In this document: positions 35,464 through 48,008 of the stretch, piece after piece | How positions within the stretch are numbered: position 1 is the first letter of the stretch | How the letters are laid out: each line of letters starts with the position of its first letter | Source of the DNA: Camelus dromedarius | Lineage: Eukaryota | NCBI RefSeq assembly: GCF_036321535.1 | Contig: NC_087436.1 | Location: 7,378,001 to 7,442,000 of the forward strand | Length of the DNA stretch: 64,000 nucleotides | Direction: 5' to 3' | The notes under the pieces: model-generated | What the model was told of the DNA's origin: nothing | Seen by the model: the letters and a program-made list of their open reading frames with translations, nothing else | Databases searched by the model: none | Position numbers and translations under genes: made by a program

Positions 35464-37668
35464 GCACAGGAACTTTCAAAGCAGAGATTCTTTCTCGTGG
35501 GTGGAAATTGCACTCCCCAAGCACAGGAGGATACACATTTCCATATTCTCCTTCCAGGGATTTTGATTGGCACCTGGCATGTATTATGCAAGTGGGTGAC
35601 ACCTTGGGAAACACTCCTACAGGGGCTGAACAGTTGGAGTGTGAGAGAGGAGGGGAACTAAAATGGCAGGAGACAGAGAAGTGTCAGTCCAGGTGCCAAG
35701 GCAGCATTATTAGCAATGTTGGAAATGTCAGACACTGTTGAACTTCGGGGACCAGGAGTAACAAATTCCTACTGGGTGTTGCAGGCTGTTGGTCAGCTTT
35801 CTACAGTGAGACACGGACCTGTTTCCTTCCAAAGCTAGCTGTATCCCCCCATTCTTTTAATGTAGCAAATATCGGGGGGCTTTCATGGCGGTTGCTACCA
35901 TGATTCAGGGCACTAACTTTCAACTGAGAAAACAATTCACTTTTAGCAAAAGTCAGCTCGAATGTTGTCTGAAATAAAGAAACCAGCAAGGGTGGACTCA
36001 CTATTTACATCACCACTGTCAAGTTTCATCTCTGCAGAGTAGGGGCGCTATGTCCAGAAGCAGATGGGGAACAGCGTATGTTTCAGACCTCCTTGCGTTC
36101 GCACATCAAACGCCCTTCTTGAATCCAGGAGGTTACTTTATCCTCAGAATGCTCGTTTTGGCTTTGTTTGAGGGGGCTGTGTTTTGCTGCATGAAATCGT
36201 TCTCCAATCCATCCTCTAATCGCCCGCTTCCCAACACACCTGCTGCCTCGTGCAGATCACCCAGAAGTGCTGGAGTGGTCAGCGAGCAAACAGGAAACGC
36301 TGTTCATAAATCTCTAAGTCAAGCCTGCAGCAAACTGACACAGAATACCAGAAAATGAATTTAATTTTAAATTGAAAGAGGGTTCAGGAGTTAGAGCTTG
36401 GGATTTGGGGATGATTAAGTGTACAGTTCAGTTAAGAGGTTTCACCTTTCCAGAAAATATAAGGCAAACACTCCTACGACTGACCTACAGATCTTTGCTG
36501 TACTTGGCATAATAAAAATGACAGATGTGATCACGTCTTGCTTTAACAAGCCCTGTACGACTTGCCTGAAATGTTTAATTCAGAACACAGGCAAGTCACT
36601 TTTGGGTTCAGTAACCAAGATTTTTTTTTTTTTTTGGATGGATTTAAAATGATTTTTGCATACGATCGTTTTGTAATTCTAATAAGTTTTGCTTTTGATG
36701 GAAATACCAGAAATGACAAGAACTCTGGGGTGTAGCATTCTTTTCATATACTTCTACAGCTTTTCCTAATGGAATATGAATCTTGATTAAAAACGGCACA
36801 GACAAAAATGTCTGGATGTAATTTACAAATTTACTTCTACCATTTATTTTATAATATGTGTAACCACCTTGTTGCAGAAAATTGATAGCAGCCAAACAAT
36901 TTCTTGTAGGCATTTGTTAAAAATATCTTGAAGTATAAAATTTTTTAAAAAATGGAAGGGAAATCTGATCTAGGCTAATGTGAACAGAGCGAATTCTCTG
37001 TCCACATCAAAGGAAGCAGACAGTCCGTCTCTATTTCCTGACTGTTAACTTGCGCGTTCTTCTTCCTCCAGGTTCTTCTAAAAAGGTTCATGAGGGCAAA
37101 CATGAATACATTTCTGGTCCTGTCCTTTTGCCTTTGTACACGTTTTAATGGTTAAAGCCTACACCTTTCCTCTCTTTCATGACTTTATATGTTTTACTAA
37201 ACGTCTCTTCTTTGGATAAGCATATATTGCTAAAATAACCGGTATATAAAATGAAAGATCTTTATGTCCCAATTAAGTGTTAAAGATCAGTATTATGCTT
37301 CTAAGATGTTAGGGAGGGGAAAAAAAATCAACATATAGATCTCTGAGGAGAAGGGAGAGAATAAATAGAATAGTTCTGGCTGACAGAATAGTGCAGTGAC
37401 AGCTGCTTTGGACTCATAAACGAGACATCTGAAAAGGGCATAAATAGGGCAGGAGGAAAAAATACTTTGCTTAGCAACACACCTGCTTTTCTTCCTGTTA
37501 CAGATTCTTGTGAGATAGATTTCTTCAATTAGGACTTATTTTGGTCCTGCCTCTTTCCCTCCCGTGGGGAGTTCTAACACAGAGCTGAAGACCAGCATCA
37601 GAGGAACGCTGGATTTTGGAGATGTTTCGTATAAAGTGAGCAAGAACTCCTGTCCCAGATGTATAATT

Positions 37669-37943
37669 ATTTTTAATTGTAGTCAGTTATAATGTGTGAA
37701 TTTCTGGTGTACAGCATCATGTCCCAGTCATGCATATACATACATATATTCATATTCTTTTTCATTAAAGGTTATTGCAAGACGTTGAATATAGTTCCCT
37801 GTGTTATACAGAAGAAATTTGTTTTTTAAAATCTATTTTTTTATCTAGTAGTTAATATTTGCAAATCTCAAACTCCCAGATTTATCCCTTCCCACGCCTT
37901 TTCCCCCATAACCATAAGATTGTTTAGTATCTGGGAGTCTTTT
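37669..37943 (-). mobile_element. 5'-truncated L1 3' end
   Basis: TSD CCAGATGT(A/G)T(A/G)ATT at 37655-37668 / 37944-37957. Confidence 0.9.
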
Positions 37944-39109
37944 CCAGATGTGTGATTCTTACCTGAAATGGTGATTATGACAAAAAGCACCCGGGAACTG
38001 GACTGGTACAAGCCATTTACCTGCTTTTAAAATTATGCACATTAAAAAACACAAAATAGGTTTGAAGCATAGCTACATACGCTTTTAAGAACAGGAGGTT
38101 TATGTTGACTTTCCAAGTAAAATGTGTTATTTTTTCCCCCGTGTATACATCATTAGGGTTATGAATTAGATGAAAAAATTAATGCGCTAGCTTCGAAAGA
38201 AGTGTTGTTTCCTGGAAATAAAAAGCTCTTCTTCAAGGTTTATTTCAAGGTTTCTTCCAAATCTAAGACTCTTCGATGTGAAAGCCCCTTTCTTCTGTGT
38301 CTACTCAAGTTCGCTTGTTTGTTTTTAGATTTATCTTTTTTTACAGCTAAGGAAGGAGATAGCCACGGCTTCTCTGAATCTGAGAAAAATTGGCTGGCTA
38401 GACGCAGTCTAGCTGGCAGACTTTACCTGGGAAAGATGAAATGAGTCTGTGGTCAGATGGGAAGATCTGAAGCACTTGCCAGAAAGAGATGGTCACTGTG
38501 TCTTAAAATCTGGAAGCAGCATGCATCTCTGAAGTGCTGTGCCACGGGGGCGGCGTCAAGGAAGTCAGCTTTATTTTCCAAACCTCAGTGAGATCTTTTC
38601 TTTCTCTGTCGGAGAAAGCTTCTGACAATGTGATTCATCCTTAGGGTACTGATTTTCATATGCTTGGGAAGCACACATCACACATGCCTTAAACCAAAGG
38701 AGGCGAAAGGCATTCTGTTGCATATTGTTAGTAGGAGTTGCTAGGAATTCACACGTGGAGGGACAGTGTTAGTACCAGGCGTCTTCAGTCCAGAAGCTCG
38801 TATGTATCCTAGGCTTTCAGTGGGATCACGCTGAAAAACCTTAGAGACTGTTTTCTCCATTTTTCTTCAATTATTATGGGATAGCTTTCTACCTCAAAAT
38901 TGAATTTCTGGGATACACACACAGAGATTTTGAAAGCCACACGGTCCAGTCTTGGGGGGGGGGGCATATGTCTTCTCAGTTAGTGACTTTGTGCCTGAAA
39001 TAGAGAGTTTATCTATTTATCAGGCTTTTCTCAGCACTAGGGAATGTATCAGGCCCCTTTGCCTCATGTGCGCAGACAGGTCTTACTGCTTGCTCTGAGG
39101 ACGCTTTTG

Positions 39110-39530
39110 GTGCAGTGGGTGAATCAGAGACATAAATAAGCAATTACCATATATTATGCTACGTGGTACAGCAGTGGCAAGGGAAGGGATGACAGTAGCG
39201 GATTAAAGGCAGCCTGCGACCCGGACTTGGTCTTCAGCAGAGACTCTCAGAGCACGTGATTATTTGGCTGAAAGATGAATCCACATGTGTAGGCAAGGAG
39301 AGAGAAGATGTTCCAAGTAAAAGGAGTAGTGTGTAAAAGGCCTGGATGTAAGGAGAACTCCGCAGGGCAGCAACTAGTTCAGGTGGTAAAAGCATTAGGA
39401 GCGAGGGATGAGGAGGGTGAGAAATGGGACTGAGCTGGGGAGCAGGGACCGAACCGGGACAGTCCCTAGAGCAGTGGGCTCTGTGTTGAAGTGAAGGGAG
39501 TAAATGACTTAGGAACGGGAAAGTCGTATG
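39110..39530 (-). mobile_element. L2 fragment
   Basis: 'cagacataaataagcaattacc'-like start, 'tttggctgaaagatgaa', 'gttccaagtaaaaggagtagtgtgtaaaaggcctgg'. Confidence 0.6.
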
Positions 39531-39622
39531 TACAGAAACCAAAGACATTTCAAACTCAAATGTCCAAACTGAACGCCCATCCTCTCTCCCAAACCCACTA
39601 TCACAAAATCTCCCCCATTGCA

Positions 39623-39790
39623 GGGGAAGGATATAGCTCAAGTGGTAGAGCACATGCTTAGCACTCAGGAGGTCCTGGGTTCAATCCCCAGTACCGCCTC
39701 CAAAAATAAACAAGCATAATTACCTATCCCCCCAAAATAAAGTAATTAAATAATACAATAATAAATAAATTAAAAACAAAAACAAAAAAC
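39623..39790 (+). mobile_element. vic-1-type camelid SINE
   Basis: 'ggggaaggatatagctcaagtggtagagcacatgcttagc...gaggtcctgggttcaatccccag', A-rich tail; ~20-bp TSD 39604-39623 / 39791-39810 (16/20). Confidence 0.9.
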
Positions 39791-40291
39791 CAAATTCTCC
39801 CACATAGTAGCTAATGGCAATTCCATCCTTTCATTTGTGGGGGTTATTTTGGCCCCTTTCTTTCTCTTGCAGCCTACATCCAATGTCAGGAAGTCTTGCT
39901 GGCTTAACCTTCAGAATAGATCAAGAATCCAACCACTTTCCTTAACCTCCAGTAGCTACAGCCCCAAAACTCTCCTTTACCAGCTCTTGTTTAGACACTG
40001 TGAAGGACTCCAACTCCGTTCTCCCGCCATTACCTCCCCTCCCACCACTACCTCCTCTCCCACCACTAGGGTCTCCTGTTACTCATTTTGATATTTAATT
40101 ATTTCTTGTCTGATTATTCATTCAGTTTCTAAAAGGGGTTTGTTTTAAAACTACCACTGTAATTATGGATTTGCCTGGCTCTTTCCCTATCTCTTTTTTT
40201 GCTTTATAAGTTTTGAGGACAAGTTATTAGGTATATACATATTTAGAATCCTCATATTTTAGAAGTGCATTGCCATTATAAAATATCTCTT

Positions 40292-40845
40292 TGTTAGGTA
40301 GTTTAGACAGAAATGAGCACTGGGCAGGGGGATATAAAGGGGAAAGGAATAATCCAGAAAATGGCAGTGTGTCTGCATTGAGAAAAAGGGACTCCAGAAA
40401 TTTTTACTTTCTTTAAATGAGGGCCAGTAAAAGAAGCCAGTTAAAATCAAAGCACTGCAGCTGTGTATGGGAGGGGGACCTGGTATAACTTGACACAATG
40501 AACCTGCCAAAAGGGGATGGGTGTGCCAGAGTGCAGGGAACCTGAGTTATCAATCAATCAATTAATCAATCATGAAACCAGGATACCAAAACAGGAAAAA
40601 CAAAGGAACGGCACCATTTTTCTTCTCTTGGATTGGCTTGCTCTCAATTCTCAGGAGTGTACTATCTTTTACTATCTTTTTTTTTTTTTTTGCTTCACTA
40701 ATAAAAATCTTGCTTATAATATGCTTTTTGTCTCTCATCAAAGATTCTTTTTTTTTTTTTTCAGGTGACTAAGAACCGAAGTAATTCTTTTTTTTTTTTC
40801 TTCTTCTTTTTCAAGGTAATTCTTATTTCCCTTTTCCCAGTAACA
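40292..40845 (+). mobile_element. ERV1-type solo LTR (MER50-like start)
   Basis: TGTTAGGTAGTT...CAGTAACA termini; perfect 4-bp TSD TCTT (40288-91 / 40846-49); AATAAA near 40700. Confidence 0.8.
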
Positions 40846-40939
40846 TCTTTATTTCTACTATGGCTTTTTCACATAAGTGTACCCCATCTGCTATTACCAG
40901 AGCTGTGCCCGTACTTTCCTTTGGTTACTGTTTTCATGA

Positions 40940-41560
40940 TGTACCAGTTTTCTACTCAAGGAGACAAAAAAAAAAAAAAATTAGATAGTTCAAGCAAGAT
41001 ATTTAATAAAGGGAGTTGGTTATGTAGGTTTAGAGAGTTAAGTGCTAAAAGGAATACTGAAGTAATCCAGAGATAATAATTGTAGGAAGCAGCTACTATT
41101 CTTAGCTTGGGAAACAAAAGGTAAATAGTTGAGGTGATGGGAAGAGCCATGTAGAGTTGCTGCTGAGATCTTGGGGAAACGATGGTGCCACTTCCGGCAG
41201 GGCTGAGTGCCCAGTGGAGCTGTAGCTCAGACCCCTGATCCAGGTCTCCCGGCTCCTTCTTGTCCACCAGGTGCCCTGAGGAGACTGGTGCTGGGAAAGT
41301 CAATGGAAGCTGGCAGTTCTGGCCTGCTGCTCTGGGCCGTCTAACACTGATCCCTGCTAATGGAAACAAGAGTGCGGGAAGTAAGCCCTTTTCCCTTCCT
41401 TTGGTTTTGCAAATTCTCTCTAGTGACTCTTATTGGAAAAACTAACAGAAATCCATCTGGCAGTCTGGAAATGCAGTCTGCAGGATCCCAGCCCAGGTAT
41501 CACAGAGTAGAATGTAGAAAGGGATATTTTAGAACTGAGAGGTGATAAATAACCAGAAAA
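40940..41560. mobile_element. MaLR LTR (MLT1M-like)
   Basis: 'atttaataaagggagttggttat', 'agtaatccagagataataattgtaggaagcagctac', 'gtctggaaatgcagtctgcag'. Confidence 0.7.
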
Positions 41561-41671
41561 TATGATATATGTTTTTCTCCCTTTACTTCAACCTCTCTGT
41601 AGTCTTATATTTTAAAAGTGTCTCTTTTAAACAGCACTTTGTTGCATTTAAAAAATTGAGTCTGGCAGTCT

Positions 41672-41885
41672 TATTTTTATTTTTATATATATTTTATTGA
41701 AGTATAGTTGATTTACAATGTTGTGTTAGTTTCTGGTGTCAGCGTAGTGATTCAGTTATATATGTATATATATGTATATATTCTTTTCCATTATGGTTTA
41801 TTATAGGATATTGAATGTACTTCCTTGTGCTGTACAGAAGGACCTTGCTGTCTGTCTTTTTTATATATAGTATTTTGTATCTGCT
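41672..41885 (-). mobile_element. 5'-truncated L1 3' end
   Basis: 'ttttattgaagtatagttgatttacaatgttgtgttagtttctggtg...gtgctgtacagaaggaccttg'. Confidence 0.9.
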
Positions 41886-43164
41886 TTTAAGTTAGAGAAT
41901 TTGATTTATATTTAATATGTTTTTTAATTAACTTAATTAAATAATTAATTTAATCTAGATTATATTTAATCTACATATGGTTATTAATACATGGATTACT
42001 AACACGTTTGGGTTTAGACCTACCATATTACTATTGTTTTTTAAATCCATTCTGCTTTGTTTCTTTATCTCTCCTTTATTGACATTTTGAATTAGCTATT
42101 TTTTTTTAATATTGCATTTTCTCCCTCATTCAGTTTGGTAGTCTCATAACCTTTTACTATTCTTTTAGTGGCTGTTCTATTGATTACAAGAGGAAACTTT
42201 TACATACGAAAGTCTAATAAAAGTTAGTGCTTTTTCCCCTTCCTTGCCCACTGGTTGAGCATTTACCAGCTCCAGCCCACCCTCCCAGCTCTGAACTTTG
42301 GTTCTGGTCTCCTGGTCCTCCGCATCTATTGAAAGCTCTGCTTAGTTTCTCAGCATCTCAGAAATCTCTTGCTAAATAGATATCACCCCCTAAGGGGAAA
42401 GTGGTTCCTGATTTTTTCCAATCCTGCTTCTCTAGTTCTCTGCAGGAAGATTGTTCTGAATTACCCAACCTCTCACAGCAGAATGTGGAACCTTTTAACA
42501 GTCTGCTCTCCCCAGAGAATAAGTCAGATCATATCAGTCCTCAGTGCACAGTCTTCCCACGGATCATTATTTTATTCGAGTCCAAGCCAGCGTCCTAGTG
42601 GGCTCTCCCCCGGCACTCGTTTCCCCCTGACTTCCCCTCTCCTACGCTCATCACTTCTCAGCTGCGCTGATTTTCATGCTGTTTCTCAAACCCAACAGAC
42701 TTGGCCCCAGCTCAGACCATTTGTATTTTCTCTTCTTTTTGTCTGGAATAGGTTACTTTTCCATCAGATATCTGCTTGGCTTGCTCCCCCTTCTCCTTCC
42801 TCCCCTCCCCTTCCTCACTTATTTGTTGAGATTTTACTTTCTCCCCAAGATCTTACCCAGTGATCCTAGTGAAAAATTGAACTCCGTAGGTACCATCTAG
42901 CCTCGTTTCATTCATTTTCTCCTTAGAAATAATTACTTCTATATATTTTGTAATTTGCTATGATTACTTTCTGTTTCTTTTTATTAGTATGTAAGGTCCA
43001 ATATGACAACAATTCTTTTTTTTTTTTTATTCACCCTGTACCTCCAGCACCTAGAATATTGCCTGGCACACAGAAGATGCTTAATAAATGTGTTTTGAAT
43101 GATGGCATGAATACTGTGGTTACCAGTGGGGCAAGAGTTTTGGGTTTAGATTTGAAAATTATTA

Positions 43165-43278
43165 TTATTTTAAAAAAATTTACAAATTTTTATTTTTGAT
43201 GGAGATACTGGGGATTGAACCCAGGACCTTGCACATGCTACGCACACACCCCTCTACCCCTGGGCTGTATCCCACGCC
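43165..43278 (-). mobile_element. vic-1-type camelid SINE
   Basis: 'ggagatactggggattgaacccaggacc'; 17-bp TSD AGATTTGA(A/G)AATTATTA at 43148-43164 / 43279-43295. Confidence 0.9.
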
Positions 43279-44559
43279 AGATTTGAGAATTATTAAGCAA
43301 CGCTGATTGATTGTATGGTGATGACAATGTCTGAGGAAACTAAGGTGACAATCAGATTTCTGGCTCCCCTGAAATCTTTTGCTCTAAACAAATAGCCTCC
43401 TTGTTTACCAAGTGGCATTTAATTTCTTTTTCTCCTTTGGCTCCATTTGACTGTGTTGCTGTCTCATCTCACTGTTTACCCCAAAGGCAATAACTCTATT
43501 AATGATGCTCTCCAGGAGACTGTCAATAATATCAAAAGGCCAAAGTACATCCTGTGGGATATGTTCCCTTTATCTATTCAATTCAGGTAGAATTTCCTAA
43601 GTGTCAATTAAGTGACAGAAATCATCAGTGCTACTGATGTTGAAAGGAGGGAAAGGCTTCTATGGTTTGAGAGTTCGAGGAAGGCTGTAAAAAAGAAGCC
43701 ATCTTTCCTATGCTCACTAACATTTAGATTGGAGGTGGCTGTTTAAAATCTTGGCTTTTCAGGGCAGACAGGGGTGAGCATAAGTGTGGAGGTAAAAATG
43801 GGGAACGTGGAGTGGACTTTGGAAGAATGTGGAACAGTCTGAGTGGGACATGCAGGATGAGCATAGGGGTGGAAGTGAAGATCTTTAAATCGTTTTCAAG
43901 AAAGATGAATATATCCATTTAAAGTGAACATAGTTCACAATCATGCAGTATGTTTATTTGAGAGTAATGGAAGATGAAGCTGGAGGAAAGAGAATAGACA
44001 CATGGTTAATTCAGTTATTTTCAATATCCAGGCATTTTTGAAAAATATAAGATATCCCATTTGATATAATTCTCTTCATTTTCTTACCTTTGATTTTGAA
44101 TAGATTCAGCAGAAATTGTACTCTTCATGTTAGATTAACGTGTAATACTTTATAAAGCAGCAGTGGGGCTGCCTATTGGGTCAGAGGTGCAGTTTTCATT
44201 CTTCAGAGACTGATATTCTCTATAAGAGCCCTTCTGTAAGACAAGAGACCACCTAGGGACGTGCAGCCTTGAGAAATGCCGGTGTGCAGAACCTGGACCC
44301 GGAAAACTATCTGCTTTATTAAAAAACAAACAAATGGAGAGTGAAAAAATCCAAAAGCAGACTCTGTATAGATGAAAGCAAATTGGAAAGTAAAAATCTC
44401 AGGTGAACTGTTTAACAGCTTTGGAGTATTAACAGAAATCAGTTTCGCTTTCTGTAGAATTGGATGTCGGTGAGGTCATCTAGATTCACTACCCTGGCTC
44501 TGGCCAGCATCTCTGTTTGGGCTTTGGGCTTTATCTTTCCCTGAGCTCTCACAGGCGAC

Positions 44560-44710
44560 TTGATGTAGTCAGAGGAATCAGAGGGGTGACTATGCCTCGA
44601 AAATGTCAACAACCCTGGGCACGTCGTTAACCTCTTTAAGCCTCTGCTTCCTCCTGTGAAGTATCATGGTATTGAACAGGATGCTTTCTGCGTCCCCTTT
44701 GAAGTCTAAC
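44560..44710 (+). mobile_element. MIR/MIR3 fragment
   Basis: 'ccctgggcacgtcgttaacctctttaagcctctgcttcctcctgtgaa'. Confidence 0.6.
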
Positions 44711-45384
44711 ATTGTCTCCTTCTGCAGGAGCCTTTCTCTGGAACCTGCCCCTCAGGTCTCTGGCTATCTGGATCAGGGGATGCTCGGGAAAGACCCAGGA
44801 CTGTTTAACCACCAGCCCAGGATTGATAGGATGACTTCCTTCCTAAAACATACAAGTAAAATTGATGCATCTGTATTCACTCCTATGGAGAAGGACTAAG
44901 CTAGAATCTTGATCCTCTAAAATCACTCTTTAATTTGGTGCTGCCTTTGCGGGGAAAGTGTGTTACTTGAGCAAGTTTGCTGCTACCGTGTATTCTTCTG
45001 GAGCATAAGGAAAAGTGAAGTGCCTGGCTGGTTCCCGTCTTGGAGGAGAGGGCAGAGATCTGTCTACCTAATGGAAACATGTACCTGGATTTGGCTCCTG
45101 CAGTGCACCTGGCGTCTGTAAATGCAGACTCTTTCCCTTCAAGCCGTTACAGATTTGGCTGCAGACTGTTATTTATATCGGGTGACAGGGACAGACTCAG
45201 CAAGACTGAAGCCTTTAATAAATGCATCATTTTATTGAGTGCCTCAAACTCTAGTGGTTAGTTATATAACAATGTTCAGTAATGCATTTTTAGGTAATTG
45301 GTTTGTATGAAGATCTATATTGTTTATCAATAGAGGGTAAGTAATTCACGTTTATGGGTTTTGTTTGTCTGTGTGAAGGAGTCT

Positions 45385-45553
45385 GGTGAATTGGAAAGAG
45401 TGTGGGCTTTTGAGATGGGCAGACTTGGCTTCAGATTTTAGCCCCATATTTTCTAAATGTATGACCTGGAAATAGTCGCATAGTCACCCCAAGACTTGGT
45501 TTCCTATTCTAAAAATGAGTGTAATCAAACCTAATTCAGAGTCGCTATGCAAA
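45385..45553 (+). mobile_element. MIR SINE, interrupted by a solo LTR
   Basis: 'ggaaagagtgtgggcttttgagatgggcagacttggcttcagatttta...tgtatgacctgga...ttggtttcctattctaaaaatgag'. Confidence 0.75.
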
Positions 45554-45557
45554 CAAA

Positions 45558-46075
45558 TGTTACCAAGTCCAAACTCGTTCTGCTTGCCCCATGGCAGGCC
45601 AGTAAGTCAGGAGACGAGTTGTTGGGGCAAGGAATAGCGACTTTATTCAGAAAGCCAGCAGACCGAGAAGATGGGGGACTAATGTCCTAGAGAACCATCT
45701 TCCCCAAGTAAGAATTCAGGCCCCTTTTATCCTAAAAAGAGGAGGGGGTGTGGTTAATGGGTGCAAATTTCTTAATGTTGGAATCCTTTGTTCTTGCAGT
45801 TGTCCACGTGGGTCAGGTCATGATGTTCCTGCAAACCTCCAACAAGACAAATGTTGTTCTCTGTTCTGCAACTTTTTATCTCTGTGTGTATCTGAAAGTG
45901 CTATACTCTTAAAGGTCAGAGCTTTGAGAATGGGCTCTCCTGTCTATTTCAGGCTCTAGGCAACATTCTTTTACAAAAGGTGCAGAACCAGCGTGACTGA
46001 GCCCAGGAAACAGCAGAGAGTTAGAGCTAAAGGAACAGGTCTAACATGGAGTCAGGTTTGTTCTTCTCTGTAACA
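45558..46075 (-). mobile_element. ERV1-type solo LTR (518 bp)
   Basis: TGTTA...TAACA termini; TSD CAAA (45554-57 / 46076-79); same family as 16063-16580. Confidence 0.95.
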
Positions 46076-47289
46076 CAAACAATGTAATGTAAGTCAAGTT
46101 CATAGTGTAGTTTCTGAGGCAGAGTGGATTCTAAACAATAATTATTAAGTGAATGAAGTTAGTTCCCTTCTGCTTTTGTTCATTCCTCAGCCTCTTTAGT
46201 TCCTGAAAGTTATGGAAAATGATACAGGGCAGCAGTAGCAGGTATGAATGATCAAGAAAAAATCCTTCCCCTCTGGGAGCTCCCACTTGAGATGCTCCCA
46301 CTAGAGGATGAGATAAACAGAGAAGCTGTCCTTGTACAGCTAACAAATGTGTTATCTAAGTGTTGTCTTTTCTTTTCTTTTCTTTTTTAATCAGTGTGCG
46401 TGTACACACCCTTAAGCAGGTGCAGGATTAAGCAGTAATGCTCATGTAAATTTAATAGCCAGAGTTTGAGAATGAATAGGAGGAAAATATTTTAACCCAA
46501 TTGTCTAGATCTAATTTCAAAGGCATAATAGATATGAGAGAATTGAGTCAATAATGTTTAGTTCCCAAGAAGTTAAAGACCTAAACTAAATGTGTGGGAC
46601 CTTGTTTTTGGTAGGCTATAGCTGCAAGGAGTATTATGTATTTCAAGAGACTTCTCAAGTTTGAAGTAATGGTTTGCTATTCTTTATCTCCAAAAAAAAA
46701 AAAATAAATAAATAAATAAAGGAGTGAAGGAGTTGGAATTTATGTCATTAATACTAGAGAATTGTTGTTATGTTAAAGGAAAAGCAACAGACATTCTTGG
46801 ATAAGAAAGATGAGTCTCACATTACTGAGTGGGGGAGAGGAGAAAGGGAATGGGGAAAAATGATGATAGTAACTAAAATCACTAAAGTAAAGTTACAAAA
46901 GAGTGGCAGAGCCTTGTGTTTAGTGGAAAAAGTATTAGGCTATATCTTTAAACATAATGATAGTTATTAATTTTAAAAGGTGGGTCATTAAATTTGTTGC
47001 CCAAATTTATTGCCTCTTTTTTCTGTTCTGTCTCCTTGATAATGTCACCATTATATTAATTAAACACATATCAGACCCACACAGAGAGGCTGTCCCATCG
47101 TTAAAGCACAGGTACAAAGGTTTGTATAATGAGGGTAAACAGGTGGTAGAGCTGGAAGGGTCAGAGTTGAGAAGGTCAAGTTGTCGTCTGGTTTGAGAAT
47201 TCTGGGGTCACCAATCATCTGCCTAGGAAATTGACATGGTTGTGCTTTTCCTGAATAGACAACCTTGTGTGGAAAAGCAAACAAAACAA

Positions 47290-47510
47290 CCTACCAGCCA
47301 AAAGTAGACTTAGGTTTGAGGCAGACCTGAATTTTGATTCTCTGTCTGCCTCTTCATCACTTTGTGATCCTTGGCAAGTGACTCCTCACATCTTTGACAC
47401 TCAGTTATTTCCTGAAAATTGGACCCAGGATGTTTGTGTCCAAGTGTGATGGTTACATGAGATTGGGTATCGAGCCCGTGGAAAAGAAAAGGTGCTCCCT
47501 GCATGGTGCC
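47290..47510 (+). mobile_element. MIR SINE
   Basis: 'ggcagacctgaattttgattctctgtctgcctc...tttgtgatccttggcaagtgact...ctcagttatttcctgaaaattgg'. Confidence 0.75.
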
Positions 47511-47883
47511 TTCTTACTTTTTTCCCTAGGATGGGGCACTGAGGAGGTGCTTCGTACATATTCCTAGTATTAAATAGACTATTTCACTCTTGGGGTGATT
47601 ATGAGGATATACTTTTTAACAAGTATAAAACAATAACAACAGTAACACAAGGTACAAAGCCTGACACATGAAAAGCATGAATAAATGTTGGCTTCCATGT
47701 GCTCACCTATAAAATAACAGCGTTGGACTAATGGCCTTTAAGGGCTCTTGGTTTTTCAAATTCTGCCATTTAGTAGATTTTGATTCTCTTCATAAGAAAG
47801 GGTAGCTTTGTGCTCCTTTATATAGAAAAACATCTAGTTTCAGTAGGGTCTTCCATCTGGCTATACATCAAAGAGGACCTTCA

Positions 47884-48008
47884 TGGGGGAGGGTATAGCT
47901 CAAATGGTAGAGCACATGCTTGACATTCATGAGGTTCCCAGTTCAATCCTCAGCACCTCCTCCAGATAGAAATAAACGGATAAATCCAATTACCACCCCC
48001 CATTAAAA
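47884..48008 (+). mobile_element. vic-1-type camelid SINE
   Basis: 'gggggagggtatagctcaaatggtagagcacatgctt...gttcaatcctcagcacc'; TSD AAAGAGGA(C/A)CT(T/C)CA at 47870-47883 / 48009-48022. Confidence 0.9.

Larger units (their letters stand above)
40095..42240 (-). mobile_element. Old L1M fragment, interrupted by LTRs and a young L1
   Basis: Antisense old-L1 motifs 'ccactgtaattatggatttg', 'ttattaggtatatacatatttagaat', 'tttacttcaacct...tgtctcttttaaacagca', 'tttgggtttagacctaccatatt'. Confidence 0.7.
39540..43112 (+). mobile_element. L2 split by nested insertions (pieces ~39540-40060 and ~42490-43112)
   Basis: 'catttcaaactcaaatgtccaaactgaac', 'cttcagaatagatcaagaatccaaccac', 'agtcagatcatatcagtcctc', 3' end 'cctggcacacagaagatgcttaataaatgtgttttgaatga'. 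Confidence 0.75.

Noticed and set aside
39623..39700. tRNA-like sequence with A and B boxes (also at 29965, 43200, 47885, 53630)
   Set aside because: Each has an A-rich tail and TSD and diverges from a cloverleaf; these are SINE heads, not tRNA genes.
16063..46075. A single 30-kb provirus bounded by two similar LTRs
   Set aside because: Each LTR has its own TSD and no gag/pol/env or primer-binding site is visible.
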